Assembly: GCA_951406725.2 (NCBI GenBank)
Contig: OX597815.1
Span: 180,296,001 to 180,360,000 of the forward strand
DNA length: 64,000 bases
Source of the DNA: Octopus vulgaris
Lineage: Eukaryota
Reading direction: 5' to 3'
Position numbers and translations under genes: made by a program. Positions 50,191-64,000 of the stretch are shown here, piece after piece (position 1 is the first letter of the stretch; every line of letters starts with the position of its first letter). Below the pieces are notes generated by a model that did no database searches, was not told the DNA's origin, and worked only from the letters and a program-made list of their open reading frames with translations.

Positions 50191-51917
50191 ATTGATTGCT
50201 TTCATCATCATCATTTAATGTCCGTTTTCCATGCTAGCATGGGTTGGACAGTTCAACCGGGGTCTGGTAAGCCATGGAGGCTGCACCAGGCTCCAGTCTG
50301 ATCTGGCAGTGTTTCTACAGCTGGATGTCCTTCCTAATGCCAACCACACCGTGAGTATAGTGGGTGTTTTTTACGTGCCACCGGCACAGGGGCCAGAGGT
50401 GGCTGGCAGAGGCCACGATCGGTTGGTGCTTTTACTAGTCACCGACACAGACGCCAGTCAGGCGGCACTGGCATCTGCTTTGTATCAACTAAATTGTTGT
50501 AGGCCCCAGTACTATGTCTCACCTGGTGTATAACTGTCACCATTATTTTTCATCCCCAGACCAACACAAAAGACACTTAGGTGCAGTAAAGAAATCTTCT
50601 GTTAATTACTTCTACGTGTGGCCCTAGAAAGACATTGTCATTCACCAACAGCTACCATGACTACCACAACAACAGCAGCACTCATAGCATATTCTAGTGT
50701 TTAAACATATGGAATGTCATCATCATCATCATCGTTAAACGTCTGCTTTCCATGCTAGCATGGGTTGGACGAACGACTGAGGACTGGCGAACCAGATGGC
50801 TGCACCAGACTCCAATCTTGGTCTGGCAGAGTTTCTACAGCTGGATGCCCTTCCTAACGCCAACCACTCCGAGAGTGTAGTGGGTGCTTTTATGTGCCAC
50901 TGGCATGGGGCCAGTCAGGTGGCACTGGCAACGACCTCGCTCGAATCTTTTACACATGTCACTGGCACATGTGCCAGTAAGGCGATGCTGGTAACAATCA
51001 CGCTCAGATGGTGTCTTCTACGTGCCACTGGCACGGAGGCCAGATAGCTGCTCTGGCAACGATCACGCTCGGATGGTGCTCTTAATACCCTACTAGCACG
51101 GGGCTCAAGTGCCAGTAAGGCGACGCTGGTAACGATCACGCTCGAAAGGTGCCTTTTAAATGCCACTGTCACAGAAGCCGGTTAGCTGCTATTTTAAAGA
51201 ATAATGTGTAGCAGACCATGTTACATCTCTGAGTGCAGTAATAATTTGAACTCTGATATTCATAGACACTGAGTCAAGATCTTTGCCATTCAGCTTCAAA
51301 ACAAAGAGGTTTTGGAATATATTATCAAAAAAAAAAAAGCAAAAACAAAACTGAAACCGAAAAAGAAAGAAAGTTATTAGCGATAGTAAAGTTGAGAAAA
51401 TGAAACCCAATTGTTCAGACATCTTAATAGAAAATAAATTATAAGCTGTTTTATACTTGAATGAATTAATTATTGCACTCTTTCCAAGTGATTTCACTTT
51501 TGTGGCTCATGAAGCGATTTTTCCGTTTTCAGTTTTGTGATCTCAATTATATCTTTGAAATATATTCAGTCCTCTCTCTCTCTGCTCTTTTCTTTCTATG
51601 TAAGCATGTATTCATTTGTACACACACACACACACATACAGAAACATGTATGCACAAACATATGTACAAATTTAGGCATTTATGTGTATATGTATGTCTT
51701 TATTCAGTTTTATTTCAAGATTTCTTGCCAATAGAGAAAGAATTGGTTTCTAACCTAGATCCAAGGCTCCTCTATTGGAATTTCAACATCAACAACAAGG
51801 TATTTTGGTACGTATGTATATATGTATCTGCCCATTCATCCATATACATTTGTATATATTGTTTTATGTATGTCTTCTCAAGCATATACTTGCCTATCTA
51901 GACACGCTTACAGATAT

Positions 51918-52095
51918 TTAAATGATAAACTTCTGGAAAGTTTTACAGATTTTTACAGTTCCAGTGATGGATTGGATTTGTAGTTTTCGAATCAGCTTTC
52001 TCCTTTCTGGTTTTGAGAAACCTAATTTCTCAAGATTGGCATTTAGGCACTGTGTTACATATCCTAATGCTCTAATAATTACAGGCGCAGCAATT
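51918..52095 (-). pseudogene. 3' end of an RLE non-LTR retrotransposon ORF
   Basis: PVIIRALGYVTQCLNANLEKLGF..LIRKLQIQSITGTVKICKTF resembles the PVIIGALG..K...L C-terminus. Confidence 0.7.
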
Positions 52096-52390
52096 GTACG
52101 CACGTATGTATGTTTGTATATGTATATATATATATATATGTATGTATGCCTGCATGTATGTATGCCTGCATATATCATATGACTGACCAGACTATGGGAT
52201 GTTGTTATACATTGCTGGTCACAATGTGCTTTGCATTATTTAAGCTTTCAAATAATGCCACCCCACTGGCTAGGTGAACATTCCCCTTGATTGGAAAGCT
52301 AGTTCATTTCAAGGGTACCCATTTACATTTGAATGGACTGGAACAATGGGAAATGAAGGGTTTTCTTCATGAACACAACCATATGTATAT

Positions 52391-52728
52391 AGTGAAGGCG
52401 CATGGCTCAGTGGTTACAGCGTCGAGCTTACAATCGCAAGGTTGTGAGTTAAAATCCCGGACTGGGCTGTGTGTTGTGTTCTTGAGCAAGACACTTTATT
52501 TCATATTGCTCCAATTCACTCAGCTGTAGAAATAAGTTGTGATGTCACAGGTGCCAAGGTGTGTCGGCCTTTGCCTTTCCCTTGGATAACACTGGTGGCG
52601 TGGGGAGGGGAGGCCGGTATGCATGGGTAACTGCTGGCCTTCCATAAACAACCTTGCCTGGACTTGTGCCTGGGAGGGTAACTTTTTAGGTACAATCCCA
52701 TGGTCAGTCATGACCGAAGGAGGTCTCA
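52391..52728 (+). mobile_element. SINE family C
   Basis: gtgaaggcgcatggctcagtggtt tRNA-like head; inverse copy at ~57350-57702; truncated copy at 11744-11895. Confidence 0.88.
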
Positions 52729-53424
52729 GCATATATATATATAGAGAGAGAGAGCTAAGAACTAGATAGATTGATAGATAGTTAGATAGATAACTAATAT
52801 ATATGTATTTATTTTTGATATATCTGAGATCCAAGCTATCAATGTAGCTTGTATTTACCAATACGCACTTAATACAATAGTGTATAAACATTTAGCAGCC
52901 ATCTCCCCTTTCTAACATTACATTTGTCTCTTTCAAATACAGATGCAGTGTTGCAGCTTCATAACATGTGCAAGCATACATGTATGTATATATACATACA
53001 CATATATCATCATCATCATTTAGCGTCCGCTTTCCATGCTAGCATGGGTTGGACGGTTCAACTGGGGTCTGTGAAGCCAGAAAACTGCATCATGCCCAGT
53101 CTGATCTGGCAGTGTTTCTACAGCTGGATGCCCTTCCTAACGCCAACCACTCCGTGAGTGTAGTGTGTGCTTTTTACGTGCCATCCGCACAGGTGCCAGA
53201 CGAGGCTGGCAAATGGCCATGGATGGATGGTGCTTTTTACGTGCCACCGGCGCGGGGGCCAGGCGAGACTGGCAACGGCCACGAACACACATGTATTTTT
53301 ATAAATACATATGTACACACATACACATAGTACCATACCGAAACGCCACACGTACATATGTTTCTATACAAGCTAATACACACACACATATACACATACA
53401 CCTCATATGCATACACACACATGT

Positions 53425-55330
53425 AGGAAGGAATTACAACCGTGTTTCGTGGTCTGCTACCACAACAGCTCCTTTATAGGATCCAGTTAGCTCAAGACAT
53501 CATCAGGAGGAACCACGTCCGGTTTCGGCCCCTACTCCTCTACCGTTTTGACGTGGCAGCCCCCCCCCCCCTTTCGGAGGTGTCTTCAGCTCTAGTATTG
53601 GGTGCATGTCTTCTTTCTTCTTCTTTCTTCTGTTCCCTGGCCTCTTCGATGTATCGTCAGCAAGTGTCAGCCGGTGACTGACTGTCTTGTCAAATTTTTC
53701 CCTTTAAATACCTGCCGCATAGGCTCCAGCAGGCAGCCCCAGCAAGTTGTCACATGACACTGTCTCACCATGACTGACTAGTGAAGGTGCATAGTTTTAG
53801 CCAGCGCTTTTTCTAAACAACCGTCACCTGTCAGTCAGCGAAGCTGATTCAGTCAGCTTGTCTCACCTAGTGATGTTATTTCCCGTCGGCGTGTTTATGA
53901 CTTTCAAGCCATTTTCAGTCTTCCCGCTTCAGCCATATATAGAAGCTGGCTTTTTCGACCGCCTCCTGTACTCTCCTTATTAGTTTACGCAGCTCAGGGC
54001 TAGAAAAAACAAATCTTCTTTTGAAAAGCGTTGTCATTTTCTTTTCAATGAAGCCTCTTGCCCCCACTGCCAGGTGATAATATTCGACATTCCATCCCTG
54101 TTCTCTGCATTCTTCGATTAGCTTTTCATACCTCTTCTCCTTTCGTTCCTCTGCATTGCCGATGTTCTCTTCCCAAGGTACTGTCAGTTCTTGTAAAATT
54201 CCCATTCTCCAATCTCTGTTCCATAGAATTAAATACAGTCTTTTTGTTGTTTTTATTAGTGGAAATATTACTTGTCTTTCCAAGTCTGTGGTCACCTCCC
54301 AGTATCCCTTCCATCTTTCGTCTATCTCGTATACTTTACTTGTCGGCCTGGTTTTATAACCTTCTCCCTCCTTGTGGAAGTATACTTTCCTGCGCTTTTC
54401 TACTTTTGGGTACTCTCCCCTATTGTACCTCTCGATCTTCTCCTTGAGTGCTGCGCTTATGACGCCGAGGACTTGATTATGCCGCCAAGTATATCTTTCA
54501 AGTGCTAGTCTGCAACTTGACAGAACATGTCTAACTGTCGCTTTCTCTCCGCATCTACTCTCGGTTTTGTTTATGTTCCACCGGACTAAGTTCGCCGGTG
54601 AAAGTAGAACGTCGAAGGTAGACTTGATCAGGAAGGATGTTCTTGCTTGTTCCCAAGCCCAAAGTTCCTTCCATCATATTCTGCAGTTGATCACATATTC
54701 CTCCCATCTCAGGCACTGTCCCTGTTGACTGCATTGCACCAAATGTACATTTCGCCTTTCTTCTTCCTCCTTTCTCACTTCGTATACCACTGCCTCTTTC
54801 ATCTCCTTTACACTGCTCTTGCAAAATGGCCTGAAATTTTGCGACCCCAGGCCGGTTCTAGCTTCTTGCGTCGCTCCGACTATATCTGCATGCCTTAGTT
54901 TTCCGATCGCCCTGTTTACTGCCTCTTCCGCCTTCCATTTCCTCCCTGTTCGTACCTTTGGAGGGTTTTCCCGGATGCTCTGATCTTTCGAATACCTTAG
55001 CATCATTACTGTCCTTGCCTTTCCTGCCTTATATTCTTTGGCGATTGATGTTATTGGTAGTTGCAGCACGGGTTTTCCATATAGTGCAGTTGTATTCAGT
55101 GGTTTCGGCAGACCAAGCCATTTCCTGATAAACACCCTGCATCTTTGCTCCATCCTTTCTACTCTACTTCAGGCTATTTCGTACATTTGCAATGGTCACA
55201 TTATTCTTGGGTACAGTCCAAATTGCAGTATCCAACACTTGAATTTTCCCGGCATCGTTGTTCTGTCAATTGCCTTTAATCCTTGTTCTACTAACTCGTG
55301 TGTTTCTTTATCGAAAGAGAGATCCCAGTA
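53425..55330 (-). mobile_element. HERO-like RLE non-LTR retrotransposon, 5'-truncated and disrupted (ORF remnant ~53915-55325, then putative 3' UTR)
   Basis: IRKWLGLP..ALYG..LQLPITSI..EYKAGK..VRTGRKWKAEEAV..DIVG..Q..RTGLG; endonuclease ELTVPWEENI..AEERKEKRY..L..EC..QGW..VGARGF. Confidence 0.9.
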
Positions 55331-55479
55331 CATGATGCAGTTAGACTCACATCGAAGTTAAGAAATTTGCATATATAAGGTGAGATAAGTCCATATACTA
55401 AAAATTATATACAAACCATATGGAATACATGCAGATATACAGACATGTTATACCTACATATATACATACATTACATACA

Positions 55480-55700
55480 TCTCAGGCTCCAGTTTGCTGA
55501 CCTACTTCAGATACCATCTGAAGAGCAAGATGGGGCTGGAGAAGAGGACCCTGCCACCGAGAGTATTTGAGAAACAATGGAAGGATGTGATGAGAAAGGT
55601 GGGTGTTAGTAGCCCAGCTTGATCATTGAGGAAAGGAAAAGTTCGTTGCTGGGCCTTACAGGCTGCCGGGTGCGACCCATAATGTTTTGTTTGTGTCCTT
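55480..55700 (+). pseudogene. Probable Tx1/L1-group LINE 3' end
   Basis: YFRYHLKSKMGLEKRTLPPRVFEKQW resembles the C-terminal ..R..LE......F...W pattern; T-rich tail follows. Confidence 0.5.
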
Positions 55701-56660
55701 CTTTGATTTAGTTTCAGTTTAAATTAAAGTTCTATTTAAAGGAAAATTCAAATGAGATATAAAATACATATTACTTAAGTAAATTTTTAACATTTATATC
55801 ATGCAAACTCATGTAATATCTTTGTCCTTTGTTTGTCCTGCATTGTAACATTCTATGTAAGATCACCATGATCATAATAAAGATACAACATACATACATG
55901 CACACATACATGTATGTGCATATACATGTATATATAGACACACAAACATACACGCATTTATATATGTGCACTCACACACACAAAACTGCTCACCTACATT
56001 CTTCTGTCCATATGTACATGCAGATGTACATTTGTTGACTTAAGTTGGATAATAGAGCTAGTCTTAATAAAATCTAGGAAGTTTTAGGGATATATGAAGA
56101 GACCTGTCAATTGTTGGAAGTAATGCCCTTTGATATATGCAATAAACTAATACGACTTAGAATAATATGCTAATAATAATAATAATAATAATAATAATGA
56201 TAATAACCACAACAATTGTTAATGAATAATATAACATTTAAATAGTTGAAGCAGAAGTCTCTTAGGGATAAGAAGGGCAAGACAAAAAGCAGTTAATATA
56301 GAGACAGAACCAAATATTTTGTAAGATGTTTACTTGCAGATTAAGTTAGATGTCTTAGTTCATTTGAGTTTTCTTTTTCTTCTGTTTTCTTTGTAAAAAT
56401 TCAAAAAAAAAAAACCTTGCAGTTGCAATTGATAATGAATTTGTTTCGTTTATTTGGAAGTTGTTTACCAGAAAGTAAAATTTGCTTTGCCGCATAATCA
56501 GTAAAGCCTTCATTCTTCTGTGCATAGAGCTTCAAATTATTCTATTTTCCACTGAAAGGTGTTTGAGTTGCCATGCACATTCAGCCGATGATGTTGATTG
56601 AGTCAATTTAGGATTTTTGAAAGAGAGCACACGAATATAGATAAAAATGCTTCTTGAAAA

Positions 56661-57243
56661 TGTTGGCCGTAAATCCAGAGCATGTGTATTCCCCTGAACA
56701 TGAATGCGTAATCACACTATACTGTGTTTCTCACAAGGCAATTTCCATTTAATGGGCAGTCATTGATATTTTTACAATTACATATTTTTAGCTTATTACA
56801 ATTCTCAGGGGCTCTATTAAGATTATTATATAATCTATTGTTATTTGAAATATGATCTTAGGTGGTGTTTGAAAGACCATTACCTGCAATAATGTGAGTG
56901 TGTGTGTGTATATATATAAGTTCAGAAAAATTCCCCCCATTAATAAATCTAAATAACAAAGTGAACTCAGTGATAAAAAATCTACAGATGGAGAAGGACC
57001 TTTTACTACCATGTTCTTAATGATGAAATTAACCTCTCTGTCTATATATCTATCCTCTTTGTAATGTTGGCAAATGAAATAAGTATAAAACTGTACATTG
57101 TCCATTTAATTTTAAAAATTCTATATGTGGCTGAAGATTGCTCTACATTTTAAAACTCATGTAATACTTACATTGTTTAATAAAATGAAGTAGCATGAAA
57201 CGATTGTACTACACTACCTTGGATATCCTTGTTGCTTATTTTG

Positions 57244-57306
<63 letters not shown>

Positions 57307-57748
57307 CTTAAACAAGAATATTTTTGGCAGTGACTTCAAAATTTAGCCAATCCGGGCTCGGCTCGGGACCCCCTTCGGTCATGACACTGACCATGGGATT
57401 GCACCTAGAAAGTTACCCTCCTAGTCACAAGTCTGGGCAAGGTTGTTTATGGAAGACCAGCAGTCGCCCATGTATACCGGCCTCCCCTCTCCACGCCACC
57501 AGTGTTATCCAAGGGAAAGGCAGCAGCCAACACAGCTTGGCACCCATGACGTCGCAACTCATTTCTACAGCTGAGTTAGCTGGAGCAACGTGAAATAAAG
57601 TATCTTGCTCAAGAACACAACACGCAGCCCGGTCCAGGATTCGAGCTCACAACCTCACGGTCGTAAGCTCGACGCTCTAACCACTGAGCCATGCGCCTTC
57701 ACTGTTGGCCGTAAATCCAGAGCATGTGTATTCCCCTGAACATGAATG
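56661..57748. repeat. Perfect 46-bp direct repeat (56661-56706 and 57703-57748) enclosing unique DNA, (TA)n and a family C SINE (-)
   Basis: tgttggccgtaaatccagagcatgtgtattcccctgaacatgaatg occurs twice; the SINE 5' end abuts the second copy. Confidence 0.9.
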
Positions 57749-60389
57749 GTTTAACTGGCTGAAACTTCAATGTCACTATTAATTATATTCTTGTTTCAAG
57801 GTAACAAATTTGTAATCTTCAAAAATATAGAGCAAGCCATTAGATTAATGTGACATGACTGCGCATCTGTGTGTATGTTTGTGTACATGTAACTCACACA
57901 CTTATAGAAAAACATCCATACATATGTATACACACACACACACACACACATTCTTTATTCAATTTTAAAATGGTAGTCGTTAGGAAGGGCATCCATCTGT
58001 GGAGATCCTACCAAAACAGACAATGGAACATGGTGTGGATCCTGACCTTGCCAATTCCTGTTGAACTATCCAACCCATGCCAGCATGGGAAACGAATGTT
58101 AAATGATGATGATGATGATGATGATTTACTGTTTCATTTGGTAGGATCAACATAAAAGTTGTCCATCCAGTGAGAAATAAATATCATTTAATGTACTCTG
58201 TATTAAAATATGGACTACTAATAGCTTTTTGCCAGTAAGACATGCAGACAAGCAAATTTTTTTTATTTATAAATATTCTCTATAATCTCTCTCTCTCTCA
58301 AATATATATGCTGGTGGCACGTAAAAAGCACCCACTACACTCTCAGAGTGGTTGGCGTTAGGAAGGGCATCTAGCTGTAAAAACTCTGCCAGATCAAGAT
58401 TGGAGCCTGGTGCAGCCATCTGGCTCGCCAGCCCTCAGTCAAAATCGTCCAACCCATGCTAGCATGGAAGGCGGACGTTAAACGATGATGACGATGATGA
58501 TGATATATATATATAGCTAGTATGCTCCGCTGAATGTGTAATGTCAGTGTGCATACACGACAGAGTGTAGGTGAATTTAAAGAACAGAGGAACTTGCTCA
58601 AGCCAACATTGCAAAGCCTTAAAAACAAAGGAATACTGCTACGGTCAGTTTAGTTTTCTGATTAGCTTTTGCTGACACAGTGCCTCACTAGTTTTCTCAG
58701 ATTCTACCCTTTCAAAGGTGGCAAGCTGGCAAAAACAGTGACAGGCCGGGTGAAATGCTTCGCGGTATTTCATCTGTCTTTACATTCTGAGTTCAAATTC
58801 CACCGAGGTTGACTTTGTCTTTCATCTTTTTGGGGTCGATAAATTAAAAACCAGTTGCATACTGGAGTTGATCTAATCGACTGGCCCCCTCCCTAAAAAA
58901 TTTCAGGCCTTGTGCCTAAAGTAGAAAAGATTCTACCCTTTTACCAAGCAGGTAATTACTTTATTTTCTTATGAGAATTGCCAGTTGTTTTATTTCTCAA
59001 TTAACCCTTTCAATCCTAAATTATTTGTTTTTACAGAAAAATGGTTTCATGATTTAAAACAGTTCTTGACTGGAATTGACAATAAACCTCATAATATAAT
59101 CACATCCAAAAATATACTGGTTATAGTGAATATTTTGAAAAATTACCATTTCAATATTAACCTACGTAAATTTTCCTGTAACTTATCAAGCAGTAAGTGA
59201 TGTGAAATATGACCTCTCATAAATCTTAATTACAGATGGTTCCGTTCACCGTTTCTACGACATTCAGTAAATATATCGTTTTGATCATGAATCATAAAAG
59301 AGGTAATATAACAACTGTATGTTCCTGCCACATGTGTAGGAACACCATGTTATTATCTAGCTGTCTGTTTTGAAACTCATACCAACATCAGATACTCAAA
59401 TGTCCATTCGTTGAATTTATTTCAAAAACTGTATTTCCTCAGATTATCAAACAATTTCAGGTGTACTCAGGTAGGAGGTAACAAACAATATTATTTATAG
59501 TTATTTTAATCAGATTTGATAAATCTTAATCTTTCCAATTCATTAGCTGCTAAAGGAAACCGTACAAAACAAGTGTGGCTGTGTGGTAAGAAGCTTGCTT
59601 CACAACCACATGGTTATGGGTTCAGTCTTATAGTGTGCCACCTTTGGGCAAGTGTCTTCTACATGCTTGGGCCAACCAAAGTCTTTTGAGTGAATTTGGT
59701 AGATGGAAACTGAAAGAAACCTGATGTATATATCTATGTCTGTGTGTCTTTGTGTTTATGTTTGTCCTCCAACCAGTGTTGGTGTGTTTACATCCCTGTA
59801 ACTTAGTGGTTTGGCAAAAGAGAACAATAGAATAAGTACCAGACTTTAAAAAAGTACTGGGGTCGATTCATTCAACTAAAAGAGAAAAAATTCTCCAAGG
59901 TGGTGCCCCAGCATGGCCACAGTCTAATCAGTGAAACAAGAGATAAAGGAAACCATCAAAATCAAATCAAATCAAATGGAAATTATAGTTGTGGCCACAC
60001 AGTGGCATGCAATAAGCACCATTCATGCATGGGTCGTTGCCAGTGCCGCCTGACTGGCTCTCTGTACCAGTGGCACATGAAAAGCACCATCTGAATGTGG
60101 TTGATGCCAGCCCGCCCATCCTGACTGGTTCCTGTGCTGGTAGCATGTAAAAAGCACCATTCGAACATGGCTGATACCAGTGCCCCCTGACTGGCTCCTG
60201 TACCGGTGGCACATAAAAAGCACTCACTACACTCTCAGAGTGGTTGGCATTAGGAAGGGTATCTAGCTGTAGAAACATTGCTAGATCAGATTGGAGCGTG
60301 GTGTGGCCTCCTGGCTTGCCAGTCCTCAGTCAAACTGTCCAACCCATGCCAGCATGGAAAACGGACATTATATGATGATATTATACAAA

Positions 60390-60783
60390 GGTTTTGAGCT
60401 AGCAGAATCGTTAACACGCCGAGCAAAATGCTTTGTGGTATTTCATCTGCCTGAGTTCAAATTCTGCCGAGGTTGACTTTGCCTTTTATCCTTTTGGGGT
60501 CGATTAAATAAGTACCAGTTACGCACTGGGGTCGATATAATCGACTTAATCCGTTTGTCTGTCCTTGTTTGTCCTTTCTGTTTATCCCCTTGTGGGTAGT
60601 AAAGAAATAGGTATTTTGTCTGCCATTATGTTCTGAGTTCAAATTCCGCCGAGGTCGACTTTGCCTTTCATCCTTTCGGGGTCAATTAAATAAGTACCAG
60701 TTACTCACTGGGGTCGATGTTATCGACTTAATCCCTTTGTATGTCCCCTCTATGTTTAGCCCCCTGTAGGCAATAAAGAAATA
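60390..60783 (+). mobile_element. Dimeric SINE family B with TSD
   Basis: 13-bp TSD gatattatacaaa at 60377-60389 and 60784-60796 encloses both units. Confidence 0.88.
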
Positions 60784-60899
60784 GATATTATACAAATTGC
60801 AAATAGAGAAATTTCGAGTAGAATTATTTCTGTTGAAGCAATTTCTGCTTTATTGTCAAAATCAACATCAGCACAACCGATAAAGCTGCCCTCAGGTTT

Positions 60900-63800
60900 G
60901 CTCCTGTTACCCAAATCAATTGATGAATTTTAATTTTCTCAACCCAACATTTGGGGAAACAAATGTTCTTTCCAAACAATTTTGTACACGGCTTTTGATT
61001 TCATTTTCTCTATTTCATTACGACCAAGCTAAGCGTAAATATTGTATTGTTTTGGTTCTATGTTTTTCTTTGTCTTTGGCTCTAAGTATGATGAAAATTC
61101 AGAACTCCAGCTTGCTGCAGGTAAAGAAATTGTGTTTTAATTGAAAAGGAAAAAAAGCTTGGCAGCACTTTGAAGAACACTGGCTCTCTGAATGTCACCA
61201 TGCCACTTATTAAAAGTGCAGATTCCTAAATTACATTGGAGAATTATTTTGGTAAAACTTCAACAAATCATGCAAACAGCTCCTAAATGCACGCTAGAAA
61301 TGATTGTTTGCACATCGTTTGGTTTGCCTATGTGGAATAACCACAAGGTGAGTTTAATGGTATAAAAAAAAAAAAAATTGTCATTAAAAGCCAAAGAATG
61401 GTTAATGAAAATGAAATATATTGACAATCATTTTTTAGCACTTAATTAGAGTGCATATCCAACAGATTAAGATATGAGTATATGTAGCCAAGTGTGTGGG
61501 GGTGTGAAGAATTCTTCTTCTTGTGTGTATATTGATACAAAAATAGGGATGTGTGCCTAGTGGTGGGGATCAACATTGTTGTCTTACTGTGTATGTAAAT
61601 ACAAGAATGTGTTTGTGTATGTATATGAGGGAACATTTCTCATAATGTATGCAAGTAGATTCCTTGCATATTCTGTAGGGAGACAGAGAGAGAGAGATAA
61701 AGAGAAAGCATGGTTGTGTGTTTGTGTGAATGAAGGGGCATGTTATTAATGAGAGAATAAAGAGAAACACCTTTTTTGCATTACAAAGTGATGTGGAACC
61801 ATGTAACAGCTGCGACAGTTTCTCCCAGAAGAGTAAGAAATAAAAAAAATAAAAAAAATTTCTCGTTTTTATAATGGTAAAACATATGGCCGTGCAATTA
61901 TTATTGTTTGGCCAAAAATAAAGTCAAGGTTTCTATGGTAGATGGCTTGGTTGGAAAAATCCCAAGCGATGTGTATTTTTATCTTGCTTCAGTCATTGGG
62001 CTGCAGCCATGCTTGAGAATGGCCTTGAAGAATTTTTAGTCAAATCAATCAACCCCAGTTCATTTTTAAAGCCTAGTACTTATTCTGTCAGACTCTTTTG
62101 CCAAACTGCTAAGTTATAGGCACATAAGCATGCCAGTACTGATTATCAAGTGGTGATGGAAACACACACACATACATGTATACATGATAACCTTTCACTT
62201 TCTGTCTACCAAATTCACTCACAAAGTTTTGGTTAGCCCAAGATTATAGTAGAAGACACTTCCACACAGTGGGACTGAGCTGAGAACCATATGGTTGGGA
62301 AGCAAGCTTCTTACCACACAGCCATGCTTGTGTAGTAAATAATGGGGAATTAATGCAACTGTGGATGGAAAAAAATCCATCCAATATAGAAGTGACATGA
62401 AAACAAATATTTAAACGATATAGGAGGCCACAAAGTTCACTCTCTACTTGACCAAAAAGGTACCAGGAAGGTATTCTTGATTATTCTTGAAAGGTTCAAG
62501 AATAATCTAAACTAATAGGCACAGGTTGCTTTCCAACTACATGGTTACAGGTTCAGTCCCACTGTGTGGCACCTTGGGCAGGTGTCTTCTAATATAGCCT
62601 CAGGCCAACCAAAATCTTCTGAGTGGATTCGGGAGACAGAAACTGAGAGAAGCTTGATGTATATATATGTGTGTGTGTGTGTAGATGTGGCCATGTGGTG
62701 AGAAGTTTGCTTTCCAACCACCCAGTTCTGGGTTCAGTCCCACTGTGTGGTAATTTGGGCAAGTAGCTTCTAATATAGCCTCAGGCCAACCAAAGCCTTG
62801 TGAATGGATTTGGTAGACGGAAACTGAAAGAAGCCTGTCGTATATATATATATATATATATATAAATAAAATTTTATACTTGGTGTTAAATGGATGTACT
62901 ATTAAATTAGTATCCAATTTTCTCCCCCTTATCAGTTAATTATATATATATATATATATGCGTGTGTGTGTCTTTGTTTGTGCTTCACCACTACTGGACA
63001 ACTGGTGTTAATTTTATTTGCATCCCCGTAACTTAGTCATTCAGCAAAAATAAGTACCAGGCTTTAAAATAAAAATACTGGGGTCAATTCAATTAATTAG
63101 AAGCCCTTCAAGATGGTGTCCAAGCATGGCCATAGTCTAATGACTGAAACAAGTAAAAGATAGAAGATCATAGAATTGAAAGAGAAAAGCTAGTTCCAAT
63201 CTCCTTAGATGGCTCAACAAAGTTTGTACAAATAAACAGCTGAGTCACAAAATATACAACACGAGTTCTGTTTTTAAAGGCTGAGAAAATCACTTGGTGA
63301 CCTTGGTACAAATGACTTTTCAGTTACTGCCAAAGAAATGATCAATGTATCAGATTCCATTATGTAATCATTAGATCAACAAATGTTTGGTGACCAATAA
63401 GAAATTTCAGTATTTGTATTATTTACCAGACATAAATCTTCAACAATATTTGCAGTTACCGTAGGGTCTGCTCACAAAACTGCAACAACCGAAGTGTCTG
63501 CTTTGACAGAGCAAGCAATGTGTTTTGTAAAAGAATTTTGATTTGCCAAATGTTTTGAACAACTTCAGCTGAAGATGCTGTCGAGTACAATCGTTAGTGA
63601 AGAAAAACTACAAAATTTATAATGCAGTGTAAGACATTATCTGAAGAGAGGGAGAGAGAGTATTTCATCTCAGAACCTACATGACTGTGGAAGTCTTCTA
63701 GAAGAACTGAATTGAGAATTGAGGAAGGGACATTTCCATTGCCAGTTCAAGACCATTGCAGACATATGTATTTTCAGGCCACAGATAAAATAATCGCTTC

Positions 63801-63900
63801 TCCTGACAAATGATTTTGTTAAGCAGATTCCAAGGTATCTTTAAGGGCTGGAGACATTACTTCTAAAGGTAAGTGACAAAGAGTATTCTTCATCAGAAAT
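60900..63900 (+). pseudogene. Fragmented ZMYM1-like hAT transposase interrupted by SINEs
   Basis: TTF-type Zn-finger-like FNFLNPTFGE..FSLFHYDQAK..C and FN*KGKKAWQHFEEHWLSECH (~60930-61205); later FPLPVQDHCRHMYFQATDKII...LETLLLK (~63730-63870). Confidence 0.6.
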
Positions 63901-64000
63901 CAGTTTCATTAAGGATAGTTGCTTTGGTTACATTGTTTCCTAACTTAATTTCTGGTATTTCAAATTTCAATGAGAAAGATTTGTTTGTTATTTAGTAACA

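Noticed and set aside
51735-51790. GAAA-containing hairpin on - in a short repeat
   Set aside because: No assignable 7-nt core box.
52391-52465. tRNA gene-like sequence (also other SINE heads)
   Set aside because: It continues into a SINE body in multiple diverged copies and has no complete acceptor stem.
59030-59350. Weak Gypsy RNase H-like peptide (GIDNKPH..LKNYHFNI)
   Set aside because: Similarity too faint to list as a feature without a profile search.

Overview
AT-rich, repeat-saturated eukaryotic (animal) genomic DNA, intronic or intergenic. The SINE, RTE-tail and microsatellite repertoire looks like octopus/coleoid cephalopod; this is inferred from recognising the repeats, not from a search. 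No intact protein-coding gene was found; one 69-nt candidate exon lies at 22281-22349 (-). Most listed ORFs are microsatellite or SINE artefacts. Recognisable fossils are: two mariner transposases plus a matching MITE, a Helitron PIF1-type helicase pseudogene plus four non-autonomous Helitrons, HERO-like and other RLE non-LTR elements, RTE, CR1/L2-like and Tx1/L1-like LINE ends, a fragmented ZMYM1-like hAT transposase, faint Ty3/Gypsy remnants, TTAA piggyBac-type MITEs, three tRNA-headed SINE groups and a 100-N gap. The most notable signal is a set of about ten minimal type-I hammerhead-ribozyme-shaped motifs in short, (TA)n-flanked, often self-inverted Penelope-like fragments. Across families the core 3-8 base pair occurs as C-G, G-C, U-A, A-U and U.G, which looks like compensatory covariation. 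Coordinates were read by eye, so boundaries of decayed elements are approximate.
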